DNA of 63,096 nucleotides, filler included, from Candidatus Woesearchaeota archaeon (lineage in GTDB: Archaea; Nanobdellota; Nanobdellia; Woesearchaeales; DATGWN01): NCBI GenBank assembly GCA_047603125.1. It is 9 parts of 9 records of this genome, joined end to end, with 100 filler letters (N's around TTAATTAATTAA, not from the genome) between each part and the next. Parts side by side here need not be neighbours in the genome. Positions count along the whole stretch, not along the records: positions 21,490 to 48,926 come from JBLKOU010000009.1; positions 49,027 to 52,756 come from JBLKOU010000061.1; 7 more parts are not named here. The stretch is one strand, 5' to 3'. The position numbers and the translations under genes were made by a program. Shown one piece after another: positions 41,164 to 51,070 of the stretch. Each line of letters opens with the position of its first letter. Positions within the stretch are counted from its first letter, which is position 1. A model generated the notes under the pieces. That model was not told where the DNA came from. It worked only from the letters and a program-made list of their open reading frames with translations, and did no database searches.

Positions 41164-41970
41164 TTACATGTATAGCTTTTGCTCCGCTAATTTTTTCATT
41201 GCAGATTCCGTGAAAAGTGTAATCCTTCCTGGAGCACTGCCCGGCGCTAAAATTGACGCGTTTAAGTTGGTAACTGTTGCGATTTGCACACCCGGTATAT
41301 TTCTTGCCGCAAGTTTTGCTTGGCATGAATCCGAAACAACTAAAAGAGGACCGACTTTTGTCTTATATCGTCGACCACGCATTGTTCCTTTCCCTGCACG
41401 AACTTTACGAATAGATGATCTTGTCAGCTCATCAACAAAACCAAGTGCTTTGAACGCTTCAACAACATCTTTTGTTTTTGCTAATGACTCCATGTCATCT
41501 GAAACAACAAACGGATATGTTTGTGGTAGTTTATGTCCACGCTGTGCGACTAAATCTTTATTCAGTGTTGCAGCAAGTGCACACCGAATTGCTTTTTGTC
41601 GCTCTGCATCGTTAATACTAATTGTGAGAATTTTATCGGATTTTGGAGGATGCGCCTGTCGGCCACCCACTGTTCCTGGAGCAAATGCACCAACCCAGTA
41701 CATCTGCGAACCATTTCGAGAGAGTGTTTTTCGAGGAACACGAGAAATTCCCTTTCCATAAGCACCTTTATACTTTCGTCGGCGTCTTGATAACTTTGTA
41801 CTATGCTGTTTTCCAGCAAGCTCAAACGCACCATATGGTTGACGAGAATTTAACTGTATTGCACGAACCGCGCGCGAAATTAAATCTTGACGAACTGGTT
41901 CTTGAAATTGTGCAGGCACTTGAATTGAACCCGTCTTTTCATTTTTTGTATTGTAAATATCAAGTTTCAT
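41164..41970 (-). CDS. rpl4: 50S ribosomal protein uL4
   Basis: GGRQAHPP, RAGKGTMRGRRYK, LAPG..PGR. Confidence 0.97.
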   Translation of the reverse strand: MKLDIYNTKNEKTGSIQVPAQFQEPVRQDLISRAVRAIQLNSRQPYGAFELAGKQHSTKLSRRRRKYKGAYGKGISRVPRKTLSRNGSQMYWVGAFAPGTVGGRQAHPPKSDKILTISINDAERQKAIRCALAATLNKDLVAQRGHKLPQTYPFVVSDDMESLAKTKDVVEAFKALGFVDELTRSSIRKVRAGKGTMRGRRYKTKVGPLLVVSDSCQAKLAARNIPGVQIATVTNLNASILAPGSAPGRITLFTESAMKKLAEQKLYM

Positions 41971-41971
41971 T

Positions 41972-42952
41972 TTAATTTTGAGCCGCCGTAGTAATTGCAT
42001 CAATTGCAGGCGCGTCCCCTCCTAATTTTTTGCTTGGTCGTGAAGCAGGTGTTAAAAGAACAAGCCGTTTTTTTGGACCAGCCACTGAACCAGAAACAAG
42101 AATATATGTCGTTTTTACAACACCATATCGAACAATACCGCCTTGCGGATTGACTTTTGAAACATCATCGCCAATAAATAATAATTTTTTATTGTGTTCT
42201 GTTCGTAAGTGATACCCTGTTTGACCAGCGTAGGCAATTCTATACATTACATGACCTTGTGCTTTCCAACCACCAAGTGAACCGGGACCACGTCGTGTTT
42301 TTTCAGACTTTTGTTGTCGAAGAGAAACACCAAATCGTTTTACAGGACCTTGATAACCTTTCCCTTTTGTTACTGCATGAACATCCAATAAATCTCCAGG
42401 CGCATACACATCTGAAACCGCAATAGATTTACCTAATTGTTCTTTTGCATACGCAATTTGCTGCTCAATCGAGCCTTGAATTGGTAACTCAAAGATATCT
42501 GCAACTTTTTTTGCAAATCCAGTCGCTTTTGGTTGTGTTGCAACAATGAGTCGAACGAACGAAAGTGAATCCTGGGATGGTTCTTTTGTCTCAGCCGTTT
42601 TTTTTGCTTCACCAAGTCGTTTTTTCACTTCAACTGGAAGCTTTTTTGCATTTTGCTGATAGACTGTTTTAAACCCATCTTGTGTTTGAGAATAGTATCG
42701 AAAACCAATAACAGAAATTGGCGGACACTCAAGAATTGTTACGGGGACCGAAAGTGCTTGACCCTTCGTTAACGATGTTTTTCGATTGTCAGTATATTGA
42801 ACTTGCGTCATGCCCGCTTTATATGCTGCAAAACCGACTACGCCGTCCTTTGCAGTTTGAGCAAAAAACCGCACTCGCGGAGTTTCCTTTTTAGCTCGAA
42901 CTCGAGGCCAATATTGCATACTTCCATGTCTTGGATTTCCTGTTTTTGCCAT
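41972..42952 (-). CDS. rpl3: 50S ribosomal protein uL3
   Basis: PRHGS, YKAGMT, TKGKGYQGPVKR. Confidence 0.98.
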   Translation of the reverse strand: MAKTGNPRHGSMQYWPRVRAKKETPRVRFFAQTAKDGVVGFAAYKAGMTQVQYTDNRKTSLTKGQALSVPVTILECPPISVIGFRYYSQTQDGFKTVYQQNAKKLPVEVKKRLGEAKKTAETKEPSQDSLSFVRLIVATQPKATGFAKKVADIFELPIQGSIEQQIAYAKEQLGKSIAVSDVYAPGDLLDVHAVTKGKGYQGPVKRFGVSLRQQKSEKTRRGPGSLGGWKAQGHVMYRIAYAGQTGYHLRTEHNKKLLFIGDDVSKVNPQGGIVRYGVVKTTYILVSGSVAGPKKRLVLLTPASRPSKKLGGDAPAIDAITTAAQN

Positions 42953-43117
42953 AGTATCATCACATTATTGACATAATAACCTAAAAATTACCCCAGATCT
43001 GATTACAATTTGAATCAGCCTATTGATGAGTTACGGTTGGGAACCGCCCCTTTTCAGGCTTTTTGTCCTATTCATACAACATAATTTGTACGAGTATACG
43101 GGTGGAACACCGACCCC

Positions 43118-43131
43118 TTTATAAAAGTTGT
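43118..43131 (-). promoter_or_regulatory. TATA box (with upstream BRE region) of the ribosomal protein operon
   Basis: TTTATAAA at 43125-43118; implies a 5' leader of about 140 nt before rpl3. Confidence 0.65.
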
Positions 43132-43133
43132 GG

Positions 43134-43278
43134 GAAGACGCACAGGTTTGAAAAATAAGAAAGAAGAGCACCTTGCAGCAAAATCAGAAAATTTGGTGAT
43201 TCTTGCAACCAAATTTTTGCAAGATACTCAAAGCGGGACTCTTGAGCCAAATCTGCGTGCTCTTTTTTGAAAAACAAT
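43134..43278 (+). repeat. Structured repeat subfamily B (core 43161-43267)
   Basis: Aligns to 17408-17550 and 57797-57930. Confidence 0.92.
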
Positions 43279-43327
43279 TTTCCATATAAAACTCAGAAAA
43301 TGAATATATCCAGAAGAGAATACTCTC

Positions 43328-44038
43328 TTAATCAGCCATCTCTTTATCGACAGGAAGCCCGTCGACTTCAATTGTTTCTGTATTTCTTCGAATTTCTCGC
43401 AGAGCCTTTGCTGCAGACTCAAAGTCTTGTGTGACGCGCGCAGTGTGCAAACTTTTGAGCGCATCTCTTAGATCAGATATTCCAAATTCACTTAAAGAAA
43501 CAAATGCATAATGCAGATCTGTTAACCTATCACGAGTAATTTTTAATGTGCAAAGATCATAATGAAGCGAATCGTACATCGCAGACTGTTCATAATTTCC
43601 CCCTCGCCTAACCCAATCATCACCCAATCTTTGTAAAATAGAACTGGATTCTTGCAATGAATTGCCTGCACGCGCACGTTCTAAAATAAACCTACTTAAT
43701 GTCTTTTTTCCTGGGAAAGAAGAACTACTAGCAAAAGAACTTCTACGCGTATTTAAGTCATCTAGGATACTCAACGAATGTTGCGCCCTATAAATAAATT
43801 TATCAACATCCCTTAATAAATACTCGCCAGCTCGTAAATAAAATTGAGAATCTACTAAAGGCGCCCTCCCATAATTACTCCGAAGAATATGGCCCATTAG
43901 TGTTGGAACGTTAGGACCATCACCTAATAAACCAGTTGTTGTGTTATACCCCACACTATTTTGAGGAAAAAGTACTTTAAATAACCGCTCATCTCTTCGA
44001 ATCTCTTCGCGTATAGTTTCTAGATTAATATTCGCCAC
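43328..44038 (-). CDS. Hypothetical helical protein
   Basis: 236-aa ORF with GTG start and TATA-like box upstream. Confidence 0.65.
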   Translation of the reverse strand: MANINLETIREEIRRDERLFKVLFPQNSVGYNTTTGLLGDGPNVPTLMGHILRSNYGRAPLVDSQFYLRAGEYLLRDVDKFIYRAQHSLSILDDLNTRRSSFASSSSFPGKKTLSRFILERARAGNSLQESSSILQRLGDDWVRRGGNYEQSAMYDSLHYDLCTLKITRDRLTDLHYAFVSLSEFGISDLRDALKSLHTARVTQDFESAAKALREIRRNTETIEVDGLPVDKEMAD

Positions 44039-44160
44039 TAAATTGTAAGAAAATAATATATTTTTAAATATGTGTATTTTGAAGGATATAAATTCTCTTT
44101 TGAAAATCTTTCAATAAATCAAGCAAAGAGTTCTTAAGCCAGAAACTTATTTGTATCAAT

Positions 44161-44799
44161 ATGCAAGCACAAGAACGACTCCTTACATATGGCGCGCAAT
44201 CACTCACAAATGCCGAGCTTATTGCACTCATTGTTCGCACAGGATATAAAGACACGCCGGTAAGAAAAGTATCGCAGCTGATTGAAAAATTATTACAAAC
44301 ACAGCATCAAACCATCACTATTGCACAGCTTCGTCAAATTCCCGGCATCGGAGTGGTGAAAGCCTGCAAAATTCTCGCATTATTAGAATTTCAAAAACGC
44401 CAGACATTGCCTGCAATAACAGGTGATTTTTCCAGTGCAAAAAAGATTTTTTTGTATTTTCAACAGTATTTTTTACATAAAAAACAAGAGGAATTCATCG
44501 TTGTCTATTTAACAAATAAACTCAAAAGTATTGCAATTGAAACTGTGTTTAAAGGCACGCTTAATTCTGTTAATATTCACCCGAGAGAAATTTATGTTCG
44601 CGCAATAAAGCATCAAGCATACGCCATCATCGTCGTTCACAATCATCCTTCCGGCGACCCCCTCCCATCTGAAGAAGATATTCAAATGACAAAAACACTC
44701 ATACGGGTTGGAGAACTTGTCGGCATTCCGCTTCTTGATCACGTCATTATTGGGCACGCTTCTTTTTGGAATTATGAGCAGACTCTTGATAGTGCATAA
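44161..44799 (+). CDS. radC: RadC/JAB family protein
   Basis: ERLL..G...L...EL, HhH, HPRE, HNHPSGD..PS.ED, LLDHVII. Confidence 0.95.
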   Translation: MQAQERLLTYGAQSLTNAELIALIVRTGYKDTPVRKVSQLIEKLLQTQHQTITIAQLRQIPGIGVVKACKILALLEFQKRQTLPAITGDFSSAKKIFLYFQQYFLHKKQEEFIVVYLTNKLKSIAIETVFKGTLNSVNIHPREIYVRAIKHQAYAIIVVHNHPSGDPLPSEEDIQMTKTLIRVGELVGIPLLDHVIIGHASFWNYEQTLDSA

Positions 44800-46171
44800 A
44801 ACGCGCTTTTGCATACGCTACAGGATTTTTTACTTTTTGTGAGAGTGTATCTGATACATCACCAACAATGTCTTTATACACAGAATTATCAAAATTTGGC
44901 GGAAGGAGTTTTCTATCTTTTAAATAGCGAACTTGTCCAAGCAAATATTGCTCACGAAGAGGTTGGGGATGTTTTTCATTCCATTCTCGTAAGCGAACAA
45001 CAATTTCATCATAAGAATACCCGACCGATTGCAAAAAATAAGCCAAAATGAACACCGCACGCTTTTTTCCGTCTTGCAAGGGTTGGAGCATTGCTTGAAT
45101 TTGCGGAGGAAAACAATGTTCTGGAATTTTTTCTAACAATTCAGATTGTTCTTGCGCACGTTTTTGTTGGCGCTCTTTTTCTTGTTGCTGCAAATACGAG
45201 TCTTTGACAATTTGTTTATGTTGCGCATCCAGTGCATCAATGAGTAAACGCATCGCTTGGTCTGTTTGAACATCTCTATTTAAAAACGAAAATCGAGATG
45301 TTGCTTGTGTTTTTACATCTGCAATTGTTCGATCAAACTGTAAGACTTTTTTTGGGTTTATTGGTAAGGAAACAAGTCCACTTTTTTCATTTAAACTATA
45401 GACTTGTCGATACAAATGCCTAGAAGTTAATAATATGGTATCAATTTCAACAATCTCAAAAGGATTGAGTTGTTTGTCCGCAGGTACTTCAAAATCAAAA
45501 AGTTGTGCAATATATTCAACGAGTGCTGTTTTTTCAAAGGAAGTTTGTTTTTGATAAAATTCTAATATGTCTTCACGCAAACGTTTTTCTATGAGCGTTT
45601 GCAATAATAGCGCAATTGCTCGCGGGGCTTGTGGAAATAATAGCCTGGTTTCTTGATCTCCAACTGTTTTTGGAAATGCCTCAAAAGGAATTGCAATATG
45701 AAATCCCTTGTTTCCTGAGAATTTACAGCTCACACTTTGCACATCGTATAGATAGAGCGCTTGGATGATGAGATGCGCCGCTAATTTGGAAATCTCAAAC
45801 TCATCGCAATCAATATCGAGAATTAAATCCCACCCTTTTCGCATTTGAGAGAGTTCTTGTTTTGAAAGATGCGTGCTGATTCTTAAAGGATCATCCCAGA
45901 GCTCTTCAGATGCATGAAATGATGTGACACCTGCTTTTACTTGAGATATAATGTCGTCTTTATAGACAATTACATCAGGTCGTTTCGCATACCCTTTGCC
46001 ACCAAAAGAGCCAACGACTTCTTTATGTTGAGAATTTTCCACTATTGCCTGCAATACTTCTTTTCGAGAATAATGCTTTTGTACTAGTTCCTTATCGAGC
46101 TCTTTATAGGTTGCCACAAGAAAAGAAAAGTGGTATTTGAATAAAAAACTATTGTTTCTTGTTTTATACAC
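44747..46171 (-). CDS. Fused DNA primase (PriS catalytic domain + PriL C-terminal domain), DPANN type
   Basis: WDLILDID, KFSGNKGFH, EIDT, SLNEKS, then FPP..DGKKR..WN...KNP; true start may be GTG at 46117. Confidence 0.9.
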   Translation of the reverse strand: MYKTRNNSFLFKYHFSFLVATYKELDKELVQKHYSRKEVLQAIVENSQHKEVVGSFGGKGYAKRPDVIVYKDDIISQVKAGVTSFHASEELWDDPLRISTHLSKQELSQMRKGWDLILDIDCDEFEISKLAAHLIIQALYLYDVQSVSCKFSGNKGFHIAIPFEAFPKTVGDQETRLLFPQAPRAIALLLQTLIEKRLREDILEFYQKQTSFEKTALVEYIAQLFDFEVPADKQLNPFEIVEIDTILLTSRHLYRQVYSLNEKSGLVSLPINPKKVLQFDRTIADVKTQATSRFSFLNRDVQTDQAMRLLIDALDAQHKQIVKDSYLQQQEKERQQKRAQEQSELLEKIPEHCFPPQIQAMLQPLQDGKKRAVFILAYFLQSVGYSYDEIVVRLREWNEKHPQPLREQYLLGQVRYLKDRKLLPPNFDNSVYKDIVGDVSDTLSQKVKNPVAYAKARFMHYQESAHNSKKKRAQ

Positions 46172-46204
46172 CTATATGATAAAATAAAAGTTGCTCTTTT
46201 TTTT

Positions 46205-47515
46205 CTACTCCTGAAGTTGATACACATAGCGAAAGCTTTTCGAATATAATAACTCGCCACAGGATAATTCAAAATCAGTATATGCATAGTTAGCATTACT
46301 AGTATTACAGTACAGTAATTGTTCTCTTGCGGCACTCGACCTGTGTTGATCAAAATATACTGTTGCAATTGGCTTGTGTCCGGAAATCGGGTACACTCCC
46401 ACTCCTTGATAGGGAGCAGTGAGCACTGTGCCTGACGGATAATTTTCAAGCTGTTTTAAATTATGATAATCAATCTGATCTATAAAAGCGTCCCTATCCT
46501 GCATTAAAGAAGGTTGTAAAAATGCAAGGATAAGAATGATAGGAATAATCCATGCTTGAGATTTTTGTAAAGAGTGTAAACCCACGATTGCTAAAAATAA
46601 TAAAGAAACGCAAAAATAAAAAAACACTCGCTGATATGGAACGAGGGGGGAAAACGAAAACAAATGGAAAAACGCTATCCAAATTGCAAGAAATAATGAA
46701 ATAAAGAGTATTCCAAAACGACCTGATTTAATTATGTAGAAAATCCCCGGAATAACTAATATCAAAACCAACCAATGAAGAAGTTCCCAAGGCATATTTA
46801 CAAGCTCAACAACACCCCAGCCTTTTTTAAAGAGTAATGAAGAGAATGTTCTCTCGACAACATAGAGAATTGATAGTCCTCCAATTACTAACATTGTCGG
46901 CATGCTTACATGAACATATTTTTTTTCTTTTATGAGTGAGTACACTAACATTGGTAAAAAAATCATTGCACTGAGTGGATACATGGCTCCTGAAATTATA
47001 TATACTACCCAAAAATACAAAGCAGTTTTTTTCTTTTTGTAAAGCCACAAGTACCAAAAGAGAAGATAGAAAAATACTAAACTCAGTGTTGCACCCAACG
47101 GAACTAAAAAATCCTTGCCCAGTAAATTAAAAGATGAACCAAATAAGGAAAATAATGCAACTGAACCGACCGCCGTTTTTGTAGTAAATAGGTGTTTTAC
47201 AAGAATATAAAGGGCAGCACTTGAGAAAAGTGCAAAAACTGCAGGCAAATACACGCTGAGAGGAACCGCATGATAAAAAAACCACAAGGGTAACAGTAGT
47301 ATATGAAACCCAATACGATAACTGTTTACATTTAAACTAAAATGGCCATCAAAGAGCTTTCGTGATTCTTCTAAATGATGCCACTCATCCACATGAATCG
47401 GTAAATATAATGGATCGCGAGCAAAGAGTGTGGTAAGAAACACAGTGATAAAACCCACAACTAATAAAACATGCCAGAATATATTCTCTTTTTTGTTCTT
47501 ATTTTTTGTTTTCAT
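46205..47515 (-). CDS. Polytopic GT-C-like membrane glycosyltransferase
   Basis: DEWHH motif after TM1; many TM segments; next to a GT4 gene. Confidence 0.65.
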   Translation of the reverse strand: MKTKNKNKKENIFWHVLLVVGFITVFLTTLFARDPLYLPIHVDEWHHLEESRKLFDGHFSLNVNSYRIGFHILLLPLWFFYHAVPLSVYLPAVFALFSSAALYILVKHLFTTKTAVGSVALFSLFGSSFNLLGKDFLVPLGATLSLVFFYLLFWYLWLYKKKKTALYFWVVYIISGAMYPLSAMIFLPMLVYSLIKEKKYVHVSMPTMLVIGGLSILYVVERTFSSLLFKKGWGVVELVNMPWELLHWLVLILVIPGIFYIIKSGRFGILFISLFLAIWIAFFHLFSFSPLVPYQRVFFYFCVSLLFLAIVGLHSLQKSQAWIIPIILILAFLQPSLMQDRDAFIDQIDYHNLKQLENYPSGTVLTAPYQGVGVYPISGHKPIATVYFDQHRSSAAREQLLYCNTSNANYAYTDFELSCGELLYSKSFRYVYQLQE

Positions 47516-48584
47516 GTATTATTGCTCGAATCTGTTTTGTGAAATGACGACTGTCAAACTTGCTTGCTTGTTGTTTGCACACTTTTGGGTTGCAAGGTTT
47601 GAAATGCTCAATTGCTCTTATAAGTTTTTTTACAGTAATAGCATCAACGAGATATCCTGTTTTTTTATCGATAATACTCTCTTTGTATCTCCCCTCATTT
47701 GGTGCGATGACTGTTTTACCATGTGCCATTGCTTCAACGACAGTCATGCCAAAATCTTCATCTTTTGCAGTAGTAATAAATCCTTTGCAATTTGCGTAGA
47801 GTTTTTGTAAATCTTTCTCACTCACCCAACTTTTAATTTGGACATTTGCGGGTTTTGATTGTTGAATTTTATTTGCATATGTTTGAAAATGCTTTGCGTT
47901 TTCATAACTTCCCACAATAAAAAGCTCCTCGTTTGGCAATTTTTCAAACGCTTTTAGTTGTAATTCTACACGTTTATGTGTGATTAATCTATTCACCGAG
48001 AGCCAGTATGATTGAGTATTTTCATTTTTTGCTTGCGAGTGGATTTTTTGAATAGGTGGATAAACAACTCGGGCATCTCGACACAAATACTTCAGTACTC
48101 TTTTTTTTGTGTTTTTCGAATTACAAAGAATTGTTTGTACTTTTTGAGAATAACCACGAACCAGAAATCTCATAAAAGTCGCCCAAAGACTAAACAAGGA
48201 TTGTTTTCCAAAGGGGACAATATTTTTTTTGGTAAACTCATACAAATCAAAAAGCTCGCGCATTGGGGAGTGTACATACCAAATATCCACAGGAATAGTT
48301 TTTGCTGCAGATATTGCCCAATCACCTGCAACAATATATGTATCATATTTTGGAAATGAAAAGAATCGAAATCGCATCATTGCGGCTTGTTGTCGGTATG
48401 GCGGATTTACGGGGATTTTTCCTATTGAGAAAATATTGTTTGTAGGAAAGCCCATCGTTTTTATAATTTTTTTATTTACATTTGTTGTATAAATATCTGC
48501 TTTCAACTCTTTTGCAAGTATCAAAACAACTTTTTCTGCCCCGCCTATCACATCCATCGACGTATGAAGTATTGCGATTTTCAT
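47499..48584 (-). CDS. Glycosyltransferase family 4
   Basis: GGAEKV, EDFGMTVVEAMAHG. Confidence 0.93.
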   Translation of the reverse strand: MKIAILHTSMDVIGGAEKVVLILAKELKADIYTTNVNKKIIKTMGFPTNNIFSIGKIPVNPPYRQQAAMMRFRFFSFPKYDTYIVAGDWAISAAKTIPVDIWYVHSPMRELFDLYEFTKKNIVPFGKQSLFSLWATFMRFLVRGYSQKVQTILCNSKNTKKRVLKYLCRDARVVYPPIQKIHSQAKNENTQSYWLSVNRLITHKRVELQLKAFEKLPNEELFIVGSYENAKHFQTYANKIQQSKPANVQIKSWVSEKDLQKLYANCKGFITTAKDEDFGMTVVEAMAHGKTVIAPNEGRYKESIIDKKTGYLVDAITVKKLIRAIEHFKPCNPKVCKQQASKFDSRHFTKQIRAIIHENKK

Positions 48585-48925
48585 TTATCTAAAAGAATAT
48601 TTTGAACTTCCTTAATTGTTTTTACCATTTTGTGAAGAGTTTTTTTCACTACAATGTCATCCATTTCTTTCCCATAGTAAATAAGAGAATTTCTTTTATA
48701 TCTAAAATCATCAAATAATTGAAATAGGCTAACATCCTTTAAAACGTCTCTTATGTAGTATCCTATACATATATGATTTTCAACTTTAAACCCGTCAAGA
48801 AGTAGTTTTGCATGTAATAATTCAATTAGCGAGCTATAATATCCTTCAAATACATAATTTAAAAACCTCTCATCCTTATTTGTCTCTAAGAAACTGATTC
48901 TATTACTCGCTGTTTTTTCTAAATT
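48581..48925 (-). CDS. HEPN-domain protein, 5'-partial
   Basis: Absent from the ORF track; hand translation ...FEGYYSSLIELLHA..DGFKVENHIC...FDDFRYKRNSLIYYG; stop overlaps the GT4 ATG. Confidence 0.75.
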   Translation of the reverse strand, partial: NLEKTASNRISFLETNKDERFLNYVFEGYYSSLIELLHAKLLLDGFKVENHICIGYYIRDVLKDVSLFQLFDDFRYKRNSLIYYGKEMDDIVVKKTLHKMVKTIKEVQNILLDK

Positions 48926-49049
48926 CNNNNNNNNNNNNNNNNNNNNNNNNNNNNNNNNNNNNNNNNNNNNTTAATTAATTAANNNNNNNNNNNNNNNNNN
49001 NNNNNNNNNNNNNNNNNNNNNNNNNNTAAAACTATCTGAAAATGATTTT

Positions 49050-49225
49050 TATTGAAAGTTTCGCGGGTATAATGCCCCGGACTTCAGTCCGCAAACTCTC
49101 AATTCAAAAGTTCGCAATTACTAGAGAAGTGAAATACCTCGCTCTTTTAGGGCGGGAATACCTAGAAAGTTTTCTAGGTTTGAAAAATTTGTGTTTTTCA
49201 ATTAGCTTCGAGCAGCGAACTTTTG
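49050..49225 (-). mobile_element. Repeat C, palindromic non-autonomous element with IS200/IS605-like hairpins
   Basis: Aligns to 57932-58062 plus a ~45-nt double-hairpin insert. Confidence 0.65.
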
Positions 49226-49675
49226 CTATTCAGCTCTCATTCTATGAAAGTAAGACTGATCAATAATGAGTTGCAAGCGCTTTGAGATAGGTTGTCGTGG
49301 CAATATTCCTAATACTGCGTAACTAAATTTTTTCAAATCTTTAGTGTACAAAGCTTTTCGCACATCTTCTTGCTGCTTTGGAGTGCCGAGAAGAACTAAT
49401 TCTGCTCGAAATTTTTGTTTGGGTTGGCTTGAAGCACAGACTGTTTGCGCAATTTCTTCTAAACGCTCACACAGTGTTTCGTCAAATGCTGTAACTGTTG
49501 TAGTAAAGTCATAATAAGACCTCCCGTGAACTTCGACCTCGTATACTAAATCATTTAAGAACGCATCATACACATATGCTTTGGGCTTTATTTCATGTAT
49601 CCAATTTTTAATAGTGGGTGAGAGTGCTACTAATCCGATTCGTGTTGTGTTTGGAATTTTATACATTGTTCTCAA
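49226..49675 (-). CDS. Hypothetical protein (paralog of 49689-50246)
   Basis: TTRIGLVAL...QSYFHR. Confidence 0.75.
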   Translation of the reverse strand: MRTMYKIPNTTRIGLVALSPTIKNWIHEIKPKAYVYDAFLNDLVYEVEVHGRSYYDFTTTVTAFDETLCERLEEIAQTVCASSQPKQKFRAELVLLGTPKQQEDVRKALYTKDLKKFSYAVLGILPRQPISKRLQLIIDQSYFHRMRAE

Positions 49676-49688
49676 GCGCTCATTGTCA

Positions 49689-50246
49689 TTAGTCTTCCAT
49701 TAAGCCATCAATTCCGTATTGCCTGTGAAACAGTGATTGATTGACTGCTTTTTTTAAGCGAGGAGGCAATTCAGGAGCTCTCGGGTCAATAACATATGTA
49801 GACATGGAGTAAAAAAGTGTGCTAGAACAGTCTCCGTATCGCCGTTGAATTTCTCGTACTAACATTTGCACTGGTTTTTTATGTTGATATTCTGATACTA
49901 ATGCAAGTTCAACTTTAGTCTCGTGTTGAAAACCTGGGTTTCTCATTTTTTTTCCTACTGACGTTAACTGGTTGCGTAACATTTTCACATTATCATAAGA
50001 TTTCAAAAATTCTTCGGGAGCTTTGTGTAGACTATCCAGTGCATCCTCAATAAATACTTCGTATGGCCAAGCTCGAGGTTCTACTTGCGCTAAATAATCC
50101 ATGACTGAATCTTGTAAAGCGACAAGCCCGACGCGAGTTGTTTGTTGTGCGTTTTGGCGATATGTTTCAGCATTATTTTCGTGTGAATGCTTTGTCTTAC
50201 CTTTATTCACAAATTCTTCAAAAGGCGGGAAATCATCTATCATCAC
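49689..50246 (-). CDS. Hypothetical protein (paralog of 49226-49675)
   Basis: TTRVGLVAL...QSLFHR. Confidence 0.75.
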   Translation of the reverse strand: MMIDDFPPFEEFVNKGKTKHSHENNAETYRQNAQQTTRVGLVALQDSVMDYLAQVEPRAWPYEVFIEDALDSLHKAPEEFLKSYDNVKMLRNQLTSVGKKMRNPGFQHETKVELALVSEYQHKKPVQMLVREIQRRYGDCSSTLFYSMSTYVIDPRAPELPPRLKKAVNQSLFHRQYGIDGLMED

Positions 50247-50264
50247 TGTTGAGGGAATACTAAC

Positions 50265-50747
50265 TTACTTAAAAAGATTACTCTTGCTTTTTCTCACCAT
50301 CTCAATGGCTTTGAGGTGATGGATACTAAAATTTTTAGACGTGATTTTGGAGAGCTCCATCCATTTGCACTGTCGAATTTCTTTTCGAAAAATATAGCGT
50401 TTATCGTGCTTTGCCAAATCAGTCACAAAAAAGAATCGCTTTAGACTATTCTCAAATTGTTTTGTATCGCGAGCATACACCTGACATTCATATTCGATAA
50501 GCTTTTTACCAATTGAAGCAATAGTAAACCCCGTCTCCTCGCGCAATTCACGAAGCAATCCGCTTTTATACGTTTCCCCTTTTTCTTGATGACCACCGGG
50601 CAATTCAAAACGCTTACACCAAGTTGATTGAACGACAAGAATGCGAGAACCGTCTAAAATGATTGCGTGATTGCAAATGGTGCGATGGATTGTATGTCCC
50701 GTTGGGTCATAGGAATTTTGATCCCTGTCAAGATACGTTAGAGTAAT
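50265..50747 (-). CDS. NUDIX hydrolase (start uncertain, possibly ATT)
   Basis: PGG-x4-E-x7-RELREETG Nudix box; frame open to 50753. Confidence 0.85.
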   Translation of the reverse strand: MTLTYLDRDQNSYDPTGHTIHRTICNHAIILDGSRILVVQSTWCKRFELPGGHQEKGETYKSGLLRELREETGFTIASIGKKLIEYECQVYARDTKQFENSLKRFFFVTDLAKHDKRYIFRKEIRQCKWMELSKITSKNFSIHHLKAIEMVRKSKSNLFK

Positions 50748-51070
50748 TTTAATTCACCTACAATTCTATCAATTGCATCATCATCATCAGGTCCTATACT
50801 TGCGCAAGTAACAGTTCCCGGTTCTACCACTGTGTGGCCTGCATCTGTAATAACTGCTGTTGTTAATCCCTGATCTTTTGCAAGCTGTATATATTTATAG
50901 AGTTCTTTTTGATCGGAAACTTTGATAACAATTTTCACCTGTCCGGCATGGCGCCATTCTCGCGTATTATCAGACTTTAATGCTCCTTCGACTGCAGCAT
51001 GAGCAACTTGTGCTGCAAGCTTTCCCTTAGGCAATTGCAAATCAGTGCGAACGAGAATGACTTGCTTCAT
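50738..51070 (-). CDS. pth2: Peptidyl-tRNA hydrolase Pth2
   Basis: KQVILVRTDL..GKLAAQVAHA, DAGHT, IGP. Confidence 0.97.
   Translation of the reverse strand: MKQVILVRTDLQLPKGKLAAQVAHAAVEGALKSDNTREWRHAGQVKIVIKVSDQKELYKYIQLAKDQGLTTAVITDAGHTVVEPGTVTCASIGPDDDDAIDRIVGELKLL

Noticed and set aside
29738..42615. Many short antisense or overlapping ORFs in the ribosomal operon and elsewhere
   Set aside because: Shadows of well-supported genes, with no motifs
43228..43464. ORFs overlapping repeat elements (also 52517-52747, 49042-49266, 62723-62998, 14853-15053)
   Set aside because: Reading frames are not conserved between repeat copies
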